DNA of 64,000 nucleotides, taken from NCBI GenBank assembly GCA_005239725.1, contig SBBM01000045.1:33724-97723 (forward strand). Reading direction: 5' to 3'. The translations under genes were made by a program, and so were the position numbers. Origin of the DNA: Planctomycetales bacterium. GTDB lineage: Bacteria > Omnitrophota > Gorgyraeia > Gygaellales > Profunditerraquicolaceae. The notes under the pieces were generated by a model, which was not told the DNA's origin, did not search any database, and saw only the letters and a program-made list of their open reading frames with translations. This document shows, one piece after another, positions 47,158 to 57,006 of the stretch (position 1 is its first letter; each line of letters starts with the position of its first letter).

Positions 47158-49953
47158 ATGGAAAATAACATTATAATACGCGGGGCAAAAGCGCATAACC
47201 TGAAGAGTATAAGCCTTACGCTTCCGCGCAATAAGCTCATTGTTGTTACCGGGCTTTCGGGTTCGGGAAAATCCAGCCTTGCCTTTGACACTATATATGC
47301 CGAAGGCCAGAGGCGTTATGTGGAAAGCCTCTCTAGTTACGCCCGCCAGTTTTTAGAGCAAATGCAGAAGCCCGATGTCGAATATATTGATGGGCTTTCC
47401 CCTACTATATCCATTGAACAGAGGACTGCAGGAGGCAACCCCCGTTCTACGGTCGGCACGCAGACGGAGATTTACGATTACCTGCGCCTGCTTTTTGCGC
47501 GCATAGGCAGGGCCTTTTGTTTCAAATGCGGGCAGCCTATAGAACGTCAGAGCTCACAGGAAATCGTAGAGAGGATAATGGCTTTACCCGGAGAAGAGGT
47601 TGTGCATATATTATCGCCGCTGGTGCGCGGGAAAAAGGGCGAATACCGGAACATCGCGGCAGAGGTCCAGAAGGCCGGATTTGTGCGTTGCCGTATTGAC
47701 GGCAAGATTTATGAGCTGACAGAGAAAGTTGCGCTCGATAAATATAAAATACATAATATCGAGATAGTCGTAGACAGGGTTGTCATAAACCCAAAAAGCA
47801 AAAACAGACTTACAGATTCCGTTGAAACCGCGCTGAAGGTAGGCAAGGGAACGGTTATTGTTAGCCCCTTGAACGGGCAAAGGGATATGGTTTTTAGCGA
47901 GCAATTCGCCTGCACAAAATGCAAGATAGATATCCCGGAGATTGAGCCGCGCATCTTTTCTTTTAATTCTCCCTATGGGGCCTGCCCCGCCTGTAATGGC
48001 CTGGGGATAAAGCTTGAATTCGACCCGGATTTAGTCATCCCCGACAAGAATAAATCCATCAATCAGGGTGCCATTGAGCCATGGAGAAGGGGCGGCAGGG
48101 GTTACATGCTTTATTATCGCTGGCTCATTAGGGAACTTTCCTATAAGATGGGTTTTGATTTAGATGCGCCTTTTAATAAGTTGACGCAAGAAGCGCAAAA
48201 CATAATATTGTATGGCAGAGAGGAGCAGGTGGAAGGCAGGCGTTTTGAAGGGATTATACCTCACCTGGAAAGGCTGTTTAGAGAGACAGAAAGCCAGTAT
48301 CTGAAAGAGGAGGTATCCAGATTCATGTCCAGCCTGTCCTGTCCATCATGCGGCGGAGCAAGATTAAAGAAAGAGAGCCTGGCAGTACTTATCGGCGGCA
48401 AAAATATATGGCAGGTAGCCCGGATGCCTATAAACGAATGCCGGGATTTCTTCGGGAATTTAAATTTGAGCGGCAGGGAAAAAATGATTGCCCATCATGT
48501 TTTAAGGGAGATAATCCAGAGGCTTGCCTTTTGTATTGACGTGGGCCTGGATTATCTTACCCTTGACCGGAAAAGCTCAACCCTTGCCGGAGGAGAATCT
48601 CAGAGGGTGCGCCTGGCAACGCAGGTAGGCTCGGGACTTGTGGGCGTTTTGTATATCCTGGATGAGCCGAGCATAGGCCTGCATCCCAGGGATACCGCAA
48701 GGTTAATTTCTATACTGCGAAAGCTAAAGGAATTAGGCAACACCCTGATTGTGGTAGAGCACGATGAATCTGTCATTAACTCGTCAGATTACATCGTGGA
48801 CCTGGGGCCCGGGGCAGGCAGGCACGGGGGGGAAGTGGTTTTTGCGGGGAGAAAAGATGAATTGTTAAGAAGACCGGATTCCCTTACTGCAAAATACCTG
48901 CGCGGAGAGTTAAAAATAGATATTCCCGCTAAAAGAAGGGCCTACGCCGGCAGGAAGTGTCTGGAAATTAAAGGGGCGCGGGAGCATAATTTAAAAAATA
49001 TAAACGTGGCATTTCCTCTGGGGATTTTTATTTGCGTCACTGGTGTTTCGGGCTCAGGGAAGTCTACCCTGATAAACGAAATATTGTACAGGAAGTTAAG
49101 CCAGAAATTATATAAATCCAAAGAAAAGCCCGGGGCCTGCCATAAGCTTATCGGCGCAGAGTTTGTGGATAAGGTCATTATGGTTGACCAGTCGCCGATC
49201 GGAAGGACCCCGCGTTCAAACCCCGCCACCTACACAGGCGTATTTACGTATATAAGGGAGATATTCAGCCTGCTTCCCCAGGCCCGCCTGCGCGGCTATA
49301 AGCCGGGACGGTTTTCTTTTAACGTAAAAGGGGGCAGGTGCGAGGCCTGCACCGGCGACGGTATTAAAAAGATTGAGATGCATTTTCTGCCCGATGTTTA
49401 TGTAAAGTGCGAAGTGTGCAAGGGGGAGCGTTTTAATGAAGCCACAAGGGAAATAAAATATAAAGGGGAATCCATATCTGACGTATTGGACATGACTGTG
49501 GAAGAGGGGCTGGATTTATTCGCGAATATCCCTAAAATAAAGAACCCTCTTTCTACCCTTTTTGAAGTGGGCTTGGGTTACCTGCAACTCGGGCAGCCCG
49601 CTACTACCCTCTCGGGTGGGGAGGCCCAGCGCGTAAAACTGGCATCGGAACTTAGCAAGCGCCCTACAGGTAAAACAGTTTATATACTGGATGAGCCTAC
49701 TACGGGTTTACATTTTGCGGATGTGGAAAAGCTCTTGCGCGTCCTCCAAAAGCTGGTTGACAAGGGGAATACGGTTATTGTGATTGAGCACAACATGGAG
49801 GTCGTAAAATCCGCAGATTACATTATTGATTTAGGCCCGGAGGGGGGAGACAAAGGCGGCAGGGTGGTTGCGGCTTGCAGTCCGGAGGAGCTGGCTGACA
49901 TAAAAGACTCGCATACGGGGCGGTTTTTGAGAAAAGTATTGAAGGATAAATAG
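47158..49953 (+). CDS. uvrA: Excinuclease ABC subunit A
   Basis: [10 protein letters not shown]…[28 protein letters not shown], a second ABC module [17 protein letters not shown] signature motifs, zinc fingers. ATG at 47158; the ORF-track extension from 46996 is rejected. Confidence 0.9.
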   Translation: MENNIIIRGAKAHNLKSISLTLPRNKLIVVTGLSGSGKSSLAFDTIYAEGQRRYVESLSSYARQFLEQMQKPDVEYIDGLSPTISIEQRTAGGNPRSTVGTQTEIYDYLRLLFARIGRAFCFKCGQPIERQSSQEIVERIMALPGEEVVHILSPLVRGKKGEYRNIAAEVQKAGFVRCRIDGKIYELTEKVALDKYKIHNIEIVVDRVVINPKSKNRLTDSVETALKVGKGTVIVSPLNGQRDMVFSEQFACTKCKIDIPEIEPRIFSFNSPYGACPACNGLGIKLEFDPDLVIPDKNKSINQGAIEPWRRGGRGYMLYYRWLIRELSYKMGFDLDAPFNKLTQEAQNIILYGREEQVEGRRFEGIIPHLERLFRETESQYLKEEVSRFMSSLSCPSCGGARLKKESLAVLIGGKNIWQVARMPINECRDFFGNLNLSGREKMIAHHVLREIIQRLAFCIDVGLDYLTLDRKSSTLAGGESQRVRLATQVGSGLVGVLYILDEPSIGLHPRDTARLISILRKLKELGNTLIVVEHDESVINSSDYIVDLGPGAGRHGGEVVFAGRKDELLRRPDSLTAKYLRGELKIDIPAKRRAYAGRKCLEIKGAREHNLKNINVAFPLGIFICVTGVSGSGKSTLINEILYRKLSQKLYKSKEKPGACHKLIGAEFVDKVIMVDQSPIGRTPRSNPATYTGVFTYIREIFSLLPQARLRGYKPGRFSFNVKGGRCEACTGDGIKKIEMHFLPDVYVKCEVCKGERFNEATREIKYKGESISDVLDMTVEEGLDLFANIPKIKNPLSTLFEVGLGYLQLGQPATTLSGGEAQRVKLASELSKRPTGKTVYILDEPTTGLHFADVEKLLRVLQKLVDKGNTVIVIEHNMEVVKSADYIIDLGPEGGDKGGRVVAACSPEELADIKDSHTGRFLRKVLKDK

Positions 49954-50001
49954 GGTAGTGGTATAGTAATATCACAAATCCCAAACTCCAACAAATTTCA
50001 A

Positions 50002-52500
50002 ATGAAAAATTCTTGGAAATTAATTGCCCTCTCATTTGTTATCGCGTTTAATTTTTTTATTGGGTATGGGAATTCTTCTCATGCCCAGGATTCCTCCAGG
50101 GAAGACGAGGCGTTTTATGTGGCCCAGAGGGCATTTGAAGACGGCTTTTACGATGTCTCCCTGTCTTTACTGGAACGTTTCCAGGCGGCATATCCGGTTT
50201 CGCCAAAATTCGCGCAGGCGGATTTATTGATAGGTCAGTGTTATTATTTTCAAAATAAGTTTTTGGAGGCATTGAAGAAGTTTGAAGGACTTTTAAATTC
50301 GGCGTTTGCCGGCGATATAAAGGATGCGGCCACCTATTGGATTGCCGAGGTGCATTTTAAGGGCAATAATTTTGTCAAGGCCGGCCAATATTATAAGACG
50401 ATAATTGATAATTATCCGAAATCCCGCTATTATCCTGCCGCTTACTATTCGCTTGGCTGGTGCTTTTTTCAGGAAGAGATGTTCGACGAGGCCCTGGGAT
50501 ATTTCAAGGCGGTAGAGGAAAAATTTCCCGCAGAGGCGCAGGACGCGTCATTTAAGATAATCGAGTGCCTTTATAATTTAAAGGAGTATGCGAAGTTAAA
50601 GGCGAGGCTCGGAAATTATATTAAAATATACGCCTCCGATAACATGAAGATGCCATACATGTATTTTTATCTGGCCGAAGCCGAATATTATCTGAATAAT
50701 TTTCAGGCTGCGATTGACGATTACTCAAAAGTTATGCAAAATAGCCGCGATGAGCGTCTGGTCGGCCTGTCAAGGCTGGGGCAGGCCTGGTCACACCTCA
50801 AGTTAAAGCAATATGACCTGGCTGAAGGCGCATTCGGCAAAATAAAAATAAGCGCCCTTGAAAAGCCGGGCAGGGATGTCCTCTTGCTGGGAAGGGCGGT
50901 ATTGTTATTTGAGACCGCGCGGTTTAGCGAAGCAAAGAATATGTATGATGAGCTTATACAGGTGGCCCCGGAGGCGGTCATTTTAATGCAGGCGTATCTG
51001 GGCAAGGGGGATGCGTTTTATAAAATGGCAGAATATGCAGATGCCAAAAACACATATAAAGCGGCATTGGATAGGGTAGTCCCGGAGGCTCTGCCCGGGG
51101 AAATCATAGACAGATTGCATTACGGGCTCGCCTGGGCATTTTTAAAAGAAGGGGAATTTAAAGAGGCGATAAGCGAATTCCAGAAGATCGCCAAAAATAC
51201 CGAAGACAAAGTTGTTAAGGTCAGCGCGCTTTGCCAGATCGGAGATACCTATCAGGATTCAGGGGATTACGCGAAAGCGCTTGATGCCTACGACGCTATA
51301 TTGAAAGATTATCCGGATAGTTTTTACGGGGATTATGTCCAGTATCAGGTTGGGCTTACCCTGTTAAAGTCTTCCAATTACGACGGCGCGATTATGAGTT
51401 TCCTTGCCTTTAAGAAGAAATTCCCGGATTCGAAGCTCCTGGACGATGTTGTTTACGCCCTGGGCCTGGCATATTTCCAGAAGCAGGATTACCGCGCAAG
51501 CCGCGAAGTATTTGTGGATTTTACATCCAGGTTTAAAGGCAGCAGCATAATGCCGCAGGCAATGTATCTTTTAGGAACAAGTTTATTTAACCTGGGTAAA
51601 TACCAGGATGCCATAGAAGTATTTAAGAATATTGCCCGGGAATATGCGCATGACCTTGAGACGGTGCAGAAAGCAGAATATGAAATAGCAGATTGCTACT
51701 ATCAGATGGGGGAAGAAAAAGAGGCAATGTCGCGCTTTAAGACGCTGCGCGCAAAATACCCGGACTCAAGCCTTACCCCCGAGATTATGTGGTGGCTGGG
51801 CGAGTACTATTACCGGCATAATGATTTGGATCTGGCGCGCCGCTATTTTTCTTCGCTTATACGGGATTTCCCGAAATCCGGCCTTATTGCCGACGCCTAT
51901 TATGTCCTGGGTTCGATTGCCCAGGAGGAATCAAAATATCCTGAAGCGATAGATTATTTCAAGAAGGTAATGGGATTAGGCAGGACCGATTTGAGCGGCC
52001 AGGCAATCATTGCGACGGGAGATATTTATTCAAAGCAGGATAATACCGGTTTGGCATTAAGCACCTACCAGGATGCCGTGAAGCAATATCCGAATCTGGG
52101 TGGCCTTATTTATCCTAAAATTGCCGGCCTGTTTTATCGGGGGGGCAATTATGCGGATTCTCTGGAGTTTTACCGCAAGAGCCTGGATATCGTCCCGGTT
52201 AAGGAGATGCCTGAGGTGCAATTTAAAATAGCCGAAATTTTAGAGGCCCAGGGGAAAACAGAAGAGGCGATTGAAGAGTATTTGAGGGTTACCTATCTTT
52301 ATTCCGATAATAGCGATTCGGGGACAAAGGCCTTTTTAAGACTGGCAAAGATTTACGAAGACAGGGAAAATTTTGCCGAGGCGCTTAATATCTATAATAA
52401 AATTTCCGTCACTGGGGTGCCGGAGGCAAAATATGCGAAAGAGCGGATTGAGTGGATAATAAAAGGGAAAAAAGTCCCGCCTGCGGCGGGATTTCGCTAA
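50002..52500 (+). CDS. Large periplasmic TPR-repeat protein (signal peptide; YbgF/CpoB-like repeats)
   Basis: Signal peptide MKNSWKLIALSFVIAFNFFIGYG…AQ, then at least 15 TPR-like 34-aa repeats (…A.Y..G.CYY…Y..A…F…). Confidence 0.7.
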   Translation: MKNSWKLIALSFVIAFNFFIGYGNSSHAQDSSREDEAFYVAQRAFEDGFYDVSLSLLERFQAAYPVSPKFAQADLLIGQCYYFQNKFLEALKKFEGLLNSAFAGDIKDAATYWIAEVHFKGNNFVKAGQYYKTIIDNYPKSRYYPAAYYSLGWCFFQEEMFDEALGYFKAVEEKFPAEAQDASFKIIECLYNLKEYAKLKARLGNYIKIYASDNMKMPYMYFYLAEAEYYLNNFQAAIDDYSKVMQNSRDERLVGLSRLGQAWSHLKLKQYDLAEGAFGKIKISALEKPGRDVLLLGRAVLLFETARFSEAKNMYDELIQVAPEAVILMQAYLGKGDAFYKMAEYADAKNTYKAALDRVVPEALPGEIIDRLHYGLAWAFLKEGEFKEAISEFQKIAKNTEDKVVKVSALCQIGDTYQDSGDYAKALDAYDAILKDYPDSFYGDYVQYQVGLTLLKSSNYDGAIMSFLAFKKKFPDSKLLDDVVYALGLAYFQKQDYRASREVFVDFTSRFKGSSIMPQAMYLLGTSLFNLGKYQDAIEVFKNIAREYAHDLETVQKAEYEIADCYYQMGEEKEAMSRFKTLRAKYPDSSLTPEIMWWLGEYYYRHNDLDLARRYFSSLIRDFPKSGLIADAYYVLGSIAQEESKYPEAIDYFKKVMGLGRTDLSGQAIIATGDIYSKQDNTGLALSTYQDAVKQYPNLGGLIYPKIAGLFYRGGNYADSLEFYRKSLDIVPVKEMPEVQFKIAEILEAQGKTEEAIEEYLRVTYLYSDNSDSGTKAFLRLAKIYEDRENFAEALNIYNKISVTGVPEAKYAKERIEWIIKGKKVPPAAGFR

Positions 52501-52531
52501 ACAAAAACAGCAGGTGCTCAAGGAGGTAATT

Positions 52532-53164
52532 ATGGATTTGTATAAGATGGGTTTGTGGCAGGTATTTTTAGCCGGCGGCCCGGTGATGTGGCCGATACTC
52601 TTGTGTTCGATATTTGCATTCGCAATAATTTTAGAAAAAGTCTGGCATCTACATAAGATAAAAATCGATAGCAGCGATTTCCTGAATAATATCCTGGATA
52701 AAATGAAACGGCATCAGATAAAGGAGGCGTTGGAAACCTGCGGCAATACGGACAGCCCTATTTCGCATATATTAAAGGCCGGAATTTTGAAATATGACCG
52801 TCCGCGGCCGCAGATTAAAGAGGCAATAGAAGATACGGCTCTATATGAGGTCCCCAAGCTGGAAAAGAACCTTACGGCATTGGCAACTATCGCGCATATT
52901 TCCCCTTTATTGGGCCTGCTGGGCACGGTGACAGGCATGGTGCGTTGTTTCCAGTCTATCCAGGCCAAAGCTGCTGCTTTTCATCCTGTTTCTCCCGGTG
53001 ATTTAGCCGGCGGGATATGGGAGGCGTTATTAACTACCGTAGCCGGCTTGATTGTAGCTATACCGACGTTTGTCGCATATAATTATCTGGTTAATCACGT
53101 AAATACTTTTATCCTGGAAATGGAAAAAGCGGCTACCGAATTAGTTAATTTCCTTACCGAATAG
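52532..53164 (+). CDS. MotA/TolQ/ExbB-family proton channel
   Basis: Three TM helices; LGLLGTVTGMV…F and the C-terminal TM of the ExbB/TolQ family. AGGAGG RBS 5 nt upstream of the ATG at 52532. Confidence 0.75.
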   Translation: MDLYKMGLWQVFLAGGPVMWPILLCSIFAFAIILEKVWHLHKIKIDSSDFLNNILDKMKRHQIKEALETCGNTDSPISHILKAGILKYDRPRPQIKEAIEDTALYEVPKLEKNLTALATIAHISPLLGLLGTVTGMVRCFQSIQAKAAAFHPVSPGDLAGGIWEALLTTVAGLIVAIPTFVAYNYLVNHVNTFILEMEKAATELVNFLTE

Positions 53165-53176
53165 AGGGGTGAAAAA

Positions 53177-53578
53177 ATGCAATTTAAACGCCATATGGAA
53201 TTAGAACATGGGCTGAAGCAGATAGATATAGCGCCTTTGATCGATGTGGTATTCCAGCTGTTGATATTTTTTATGCTTACTTCCAGCTTTGTGGTGCAGC
53301 CGGGAATAAAGGTAAATTTGCCGAAAGCCGTGACCAGCGAAATTACAAAAATTGAGAACATCGAGATAATTCTCTCCAGCGAAAATGTCGCCTATTTAGG
53401 CGGCAAGGTTATAAATATGCAGGAATTGAGGGCATTCCTTAAACAGGTGGCTAAAAGGAACCTCCCTATTTTAATCAAATCAGACAGGCGGGCATCTCTG
53501 GGGAGGGTTGTAGAGATCTGGGATATGTGCCGGGATTTAGGCATAACGCAGATAAACATCGCCACTAACCAGGAATAA
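53177..53578 (+). CDS. ExbD/TolR-family biopolymer transport protein
   Basis: IDIAPLIDVVFQLLIFFMLTSSF (single TM with conserved Asp), periplasmic domain. Confidence 0.75.
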   Translation: MQFKRHMELEHGLKQIDIAPLIDVVFQLLIFFMLTSSFVVQPGIKVNLPKAVTSEITKIENIEIILSSENVAYLGGKVINMQELRAFLKQVAKRNLPILIKSDRRASLGRVVEIWDMCRDLGITQINIATNQE

Positions 53579-53579
53579 G

Positions 53580-54209
53580 ATGGTCTGGCCCATAAAAAAG
53601 GCTATTCTGGTTTCATTGGCGGGGCACGCGGCGGCATTCAGTATCTTCAGTTTTTCTTTTGGAAATAAAATTTTAAAAAGCGAATATAGCCCCGTGTCTT
53701 TTTTGGGCCAGATCCTTATGGATTGCGATTTGACTTTGCCCGGGAATATCCATGCCCTTGCCAGCCGTTACATGCGTAAAGATGTTACTCTATTGTCTTT
53801 CCTGAGAGATGGCGATGATAAAACCGGATTAACACCCGGGTATAATTTAAAGCCGATGGCAAAATTTCCATTCTCATTCTATACCGATAAAGAAAAATTT
53901 TTATACCGCACGCCTGCAGGCCCGTTTTCCCCCAGGAAAAAGGAACCGGCTATCATATTCCACCCTTTGCTTCCTTATCATTTTTTGCTTTATTTTAAAG
54001 ACAGGCAGGCGGTTCATATTGAGCTTTCTTTTAACCGGGTATCTTCATTGGGCTCGGTTGTGATTAAACGCAAAATTTCTTCAGGAAACCTTGAAGCCGA
54101 CCTTTTAGCCATGCGCTATATCGGCCACCTTTTTTATATAGGCGAAGAAAGATTTTCATTTGACCGGTGGAATACCGTAAAAATCGACCTTTCGGCAAAA
54201 AATGATTAA
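53580..54209 (+). CDS. TonB-like energy transducer candidate (N-terminal anchor, no Pro-rich spacer, TonB_C-like C-terminus)
   Basis: N-terminal TM helix. The C-terminal SSGNLEADLLAMRYIG…F resembles the TonB C-terminal motif (SG…LD.AA..AV…). Position is right after exbB-exbD. Confidence 0.4.
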   Translation: MVWPIKKAILVSLAGHAAAFSIFSFSFGNKILKSEYSPVSFLGQILMDCDLTLPGNIHALASRYMRKDVTLLSFLRDGDDKTGLTPGYNLKPMAKFPFSFYTDKEKFLYRTPAGPFSPRKKEPAIIFHPLLPYHFLLYFKDRQAVHIELSFNRVSSLGSVVIKRKISSGNLEADLLAMRYIGHLFYIGEERFSFDRWNTVKIDLSAKND

Positions 54210-54423
54210 TCTGGATTTTTCGCTGGGGATCTCTTTGTATGCCATCTTTTTCCTTAATATACTGCTGATTCTCTGGCTTTTTGGCATGAGAGAGAAAGAT
54301 AGGGACCTGTATCTGGACCCCAAATTTACCTGGTTTTGTTCGGTTTGTACCTATACCTATATAAATACCAGGGAAAATCCGATCTCAAAATGTCCCAGGT
54401 GCGGAAGCTACAACAAAAAGTAG
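54202..54423 (+). CDS. Small membrane protein with C-terminal zinc-ribbon (CxxC…CxxC)
   Basis: One TM helix, then CSVC…CPRC; ATGA overlap with the upstream gene. Confidence 0.3.
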   Translation: MINLDFSLGISLYAIFFLNILLILWLFGMREKDRDLYLDPKFTWFCSVCTYTYINTRENPISKCPRCGSYNKK

Positions 54424-54469
54424 TTGACAGGCATTCTTTTCTATCTATAATGAAATCAGGAGGTAAGAC

Positions 54470-54676
54470 ATGATTACCGAAATTGGAATAGTGGCGGGGG
54501 ACATATGGCATTTTTTGGACCAGCATGGGGATGTAATGCTCCCGGCCCTGATTAAAGGGATTGACAAGCACCGCGATGATGTCCTGATGAGCTTGGGTTG
54601 GCTGGCCAGGGAAGGTCACGTCGTTTTGCAGAAAATCGGAGATGATTACAGAATAAGTTTAAGGAAGAATGTTTAG
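54470..54676 (+). CDS. Small hypothetical protein (winged-helix-like fold candidate)
   Basis: 68 aa; AGGAGG RBS 11 nt upstream. Confidence 0.3.
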   Translation: MITEIGIVAGDIWHFLDQHGDVMLPALIKGIDKHRDDVLMSLGWLAREGHVVLQKIGDDYRISLRKNV

Positions 54677-55061
54677 GACCCCGGGATTAATTCTAAATAA
54701 TAAGGCAGTTGTTTTATACATGACGCTGGCGACAATATTAATAGTAGCCTTATTGGCCGCAATCCTTTTAAACCTGACTTTAAGCCAGTCCAGACTTACG
54801 CATCATCAAGTAAGCCGCATTCAAGCCTATTATGCCGCAAAGGCAGGAATTGTTTATGCGGTGGAGCAGCTAAGGAGCGGAGGATCAACGAGTACGAGTT
54901 ATTCTTTATCTGATTCTGATTTCCCTTCCAGTATTAAGAATAAGACTGTAGCGATTACAGTAACGCCTTATGGAAACGGTGCTTGTACCAGCGCCTATGT
55001 GCCTAGCGGTGTCGCTGCCTGCGTTAGTTCTACAGTAACCTATACCTACACTATCCCCTGA
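54669..55061 (+). CDS. PilX-N-like / minor-pilin-like protein (hydrophobic N-terminus without the canonical G-F-x-x-x-E cleavage motif)
   Basis: NKAVVLYMTLATILIVALLAAILLNLTLSQSRLTHHQ resembles PilX_N domains; Ser/Thr-rich C-terminus. Confidence 0.4.
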   Translation: MFRTPGLILNNKAVVLYMTLATILIVALLAAILLNLTLSQSRLTHHQVSRIQAYYAAKAGIVYAVEQLRSGGSTSTSYSLSDSDFPSSIKNKTVAITVTPYGNGACTSAYVPSGVAACVSSTVTYTYTIP

Positions 55062-55080
55062 TTTTTCCCATTCTAAATCA

Positions 55081-55193
55081 GTTATAATCTAAGTAAGTCC
55101 GTTATAAAGATATTTGTCTTAATTTTTGCATTTTTCCGACGACATAATGACATAGATTAAGTTTAAGTAAGTTTAAATAAGGTTGTTATAAAA
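55081..55193. promoter_or_regulatory. AT-rich intergenic region with direct repeats AAGTAAGT…GTTATAAA (x2) upstream of the pilus-cluster promoter
   Basis: AAGTAAGTCCGTTATAAAG at 55091-55109 and AAGTAAGTTTAAATAAGGTTGTTATAAAA at 55165-55193; additional GTTATAA at 55081. Confidence 0.3.
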
Positions 55194-55208
55194 AAAATAA
55201 AAAAATAC

Positions 55209-55237
55209 TTGACAATATAAGTATTTTATGATTAAAT
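55209..55237 (+). promoter_or_regulatory. sigma70-like promoter TTGACA-N16/17-(TG)ATTAAAT upstream of the HTH-pil operon
   Basis: TTGACA at 55209-55214, extended -10-like TGATTAAAT at 55228-55237. Confidence 0.4.
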
Positions 55238-55265
55238 TTAGTCTGTAGTAACCAGTTATGGAAGA

Positions 55266-55466
55266 ATGGAGTTTGCTATGCAGAAGCTTATGAATATTGA
55301 CGAACTCGCGGATTACCTACGTTTACAAAAACAGACGATTTATAATTGGTTATATCAGGGTAAAATTAGCGGAATTAAGCTGGGGGGGGTCTGGAGGTTT
55401 GACCGCAAAGAAATAGACTCCTGGTTAAAAAATAGAAGGCGTTTATCAAAAATAGGAGATAGATAA
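55266..55466 (+). CDS. Excisionase/MerR-superfamily helix-turn-helix DNA-binding protein (HTH_17-like)
   Basis: MNIDELADYLRLQKQTIYNWLYQGKISGIKLGGVWRFDRKEIDSWL matches the excisionase-family HTH consensus (…LT..E.A.YL.VS..T.Y.….G.LP..K.G..WR….). Confidence 0.6.
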   Translation: MEFAMQKLMNIDELADYLRLQKQTIYNWLYQGKISGIKLGGVWRFDRKEIDSWLKNRRRLSKIGDR

Positions 55467-55469
55467 GCA

Positions 55470-56993
55470 ATGAACCATCTGGGCGTATATTTTGGTCCAA
55501 GCCAGATTACCCTGGTAGAAGTTAGGGGAAAGAAAATTGTAGCTTCCTGCCAGATTCCGCTTGGCCGGATTTCCGGCCCGGCTTTCGGGGAAGAAAAAAT
55601 ACCCGAGGAGGTAAAATTAGTCGCCTTGTTTAAGGACGAGCTGCGCAAGAGCAAAATCAGCGCCCAGGAAGCGGTAATCGGCATTTCCGGTAAAGACCTG
55701 ATTATCCGCACCTTTGACCTTCCCAGGATCCCCCGGGAAGAAGAAACTAGTGCCATAAATTTTGAAGTGCGCAAATACATACCTTTCCGCATCGAAGATT
55801 TAATTTCGGATTTCCAGCTGGATTTCGACAGGGTCATGCGCAAGAATTTTGTCTTATTTATCGGAATAAAAAAGGATGTGCTCGATAAGTATGTTTCGAT
55901 ATTTAACCAGCTGGAAATAAGGTTAAATTCGATAGAGTATTCGGCTTTCAGTATTTTAAGGCTGATTAAGTCGTTTGGCTTTCGCGGGGCCGGCATAGCA
56001 GGGATTGTTAATATTGATTTAAACGCATCCGATGAGGCAAATTTTATGGTTTTAAAAAACGGGTTTCCCCTGTTCAGCCGCGACATAATCCTGGCAGGTG
56101 AAGCGGATACCGGCGCCCTGCTCGATAAGTTAAAGGCGGAATTGCGCGTTTCCCTGGATTTTTATCACCGTAAATTTGTTTCTAAAAATATCGAGCAGAT
56201 ATATTATCTCTGCCCCGCGGAATACCGCTCTGAATTAGAGGGATTTACCAAAGAAATAAATTATAGCAGCAAATTTATAGATACCCGTAAATACATGGAT
56301 AAAACAATCCCCTTCTCTTTAAGCCTTTTGAAGGCGTACGGCTCCTCTCTTGATAAGGCGGTGAGAGGGGGCATCAGGATAGATTTATTGGCGGCAAGGG
56401 AAAGGCTGGCATACGCCAAAGAGGGAGAGGTTGCGCCTAAAAAACTGTTGTTACGGCAGCTTGCCGGTTTAAGGCCGAAACCCTATATAATTGCCGTTGC
56501 CGCGCTCCTCTGTATTTCAGCCGTTGCCTTCGGAATTTATAAAAAAATCCCCATACAGAAAGAAATGCAAAATATTATCGATGCGCGCATCAGCGTTCCC
56601 TCGGTAAGCAAAGATGCCACTTATGAGGAGCTCCTTGGCATGGGGGAAAAGTATAAAGAAAAAATACAAGCACTGGACAATGCGGTTAATAATCAGCCGT
56701 TTGTAACCGAAATCCTTAATGGCTTGCCGAAAATCCTGCCAGAGGGGGTATATTTGCGGGATTTTTCGTTTCGGGTTGGAGAAAATAAGAAAGCCAGCCT
56801 TACGATAAGAGGTATTGCTTACCTTGCCGACAACGAGAAGGAAATGTTGGCGATTAATACATTTTTTTCAAGCCTTAAAAATGACCCCGCTATAAATAAA
56901 TATTTTTCCCAGAAAAATATCATTTCCATACAACAGGAGGCGGACGAAAAAATCACGCTAACAAAGTTTGAAATTGCATGCCAAAAGCAATAA
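55470..56993 (+). CDS. pilMN: Type IV pilus assembly protein PilM fused to PilN
   Basis: Residues 1 to ~330 form the actin-like ATPase fold of PilM. A TM helix (YIIAVAALLCISAVAFGIY) is followed by a PilN-like periplasmic domain. 507 aa versus the ~350 aa typical of PilM alone. Confidence 0.7.
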   Translation: MNHLGVYFGPSQITLVEVRGKKIVASCQIPLGRISGPAFGEEKIPEEVKLVALFKDELRKSKISAQEAVIGISGKDLIIRTFDLPRIPREEETSAINFEVRKYIPFRIEDLISDFQLDFDRVMRKNFVLFIGIKKDVLDKYVSIFNQLEIRLNSIEYSAFSILRLIKSFGFRGAGIAGIVNIDLNASDEANFMVLKNGFPLFSRDIILAGEADTGALLDKLKAELRVSLDFYHRKFVSKNIEQIYYLCPAEYRSELEGFTKEINYSSKFIDTRKYMDKTIPFSLSLLKAYGSSLDKAVRGGIRIDLLAARERLAYAKEGEVAPKKLLLRQLAGLRPKPYIIAVAALLCISAVAFGIYKKIPIQKEMQNIIDARISVPSVSKDATYEELLGMGEKYKEKIQALDNAVNNQPFVTEILNGLPKILPEGVYLRDFSFRVGENKKASLTIRGIAYLADNEKEMLAINTFFSSLKNDPAINKYFSQKNIISIQQEADEKITLTKFEIACQKQ

Positions 56994-57006
56994 AGGCGGC
57001 TAAAAG

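Noticed and set aside
55266-55466. Excisionase-like HTH as marker of a prophage or integrative element
   Set aside because: There is no integrase, recombinase, att-like direct repeats or phage structural genes in the flanks. The gene is tightly linked to pilMN, so I call it a regulator rather than a mobile element.
55355-56086. 243-aa minus-strand ORF
   Set aside because: Antisense to the pilM portion of pilMN. There are no recognisable motifs and no RBS.
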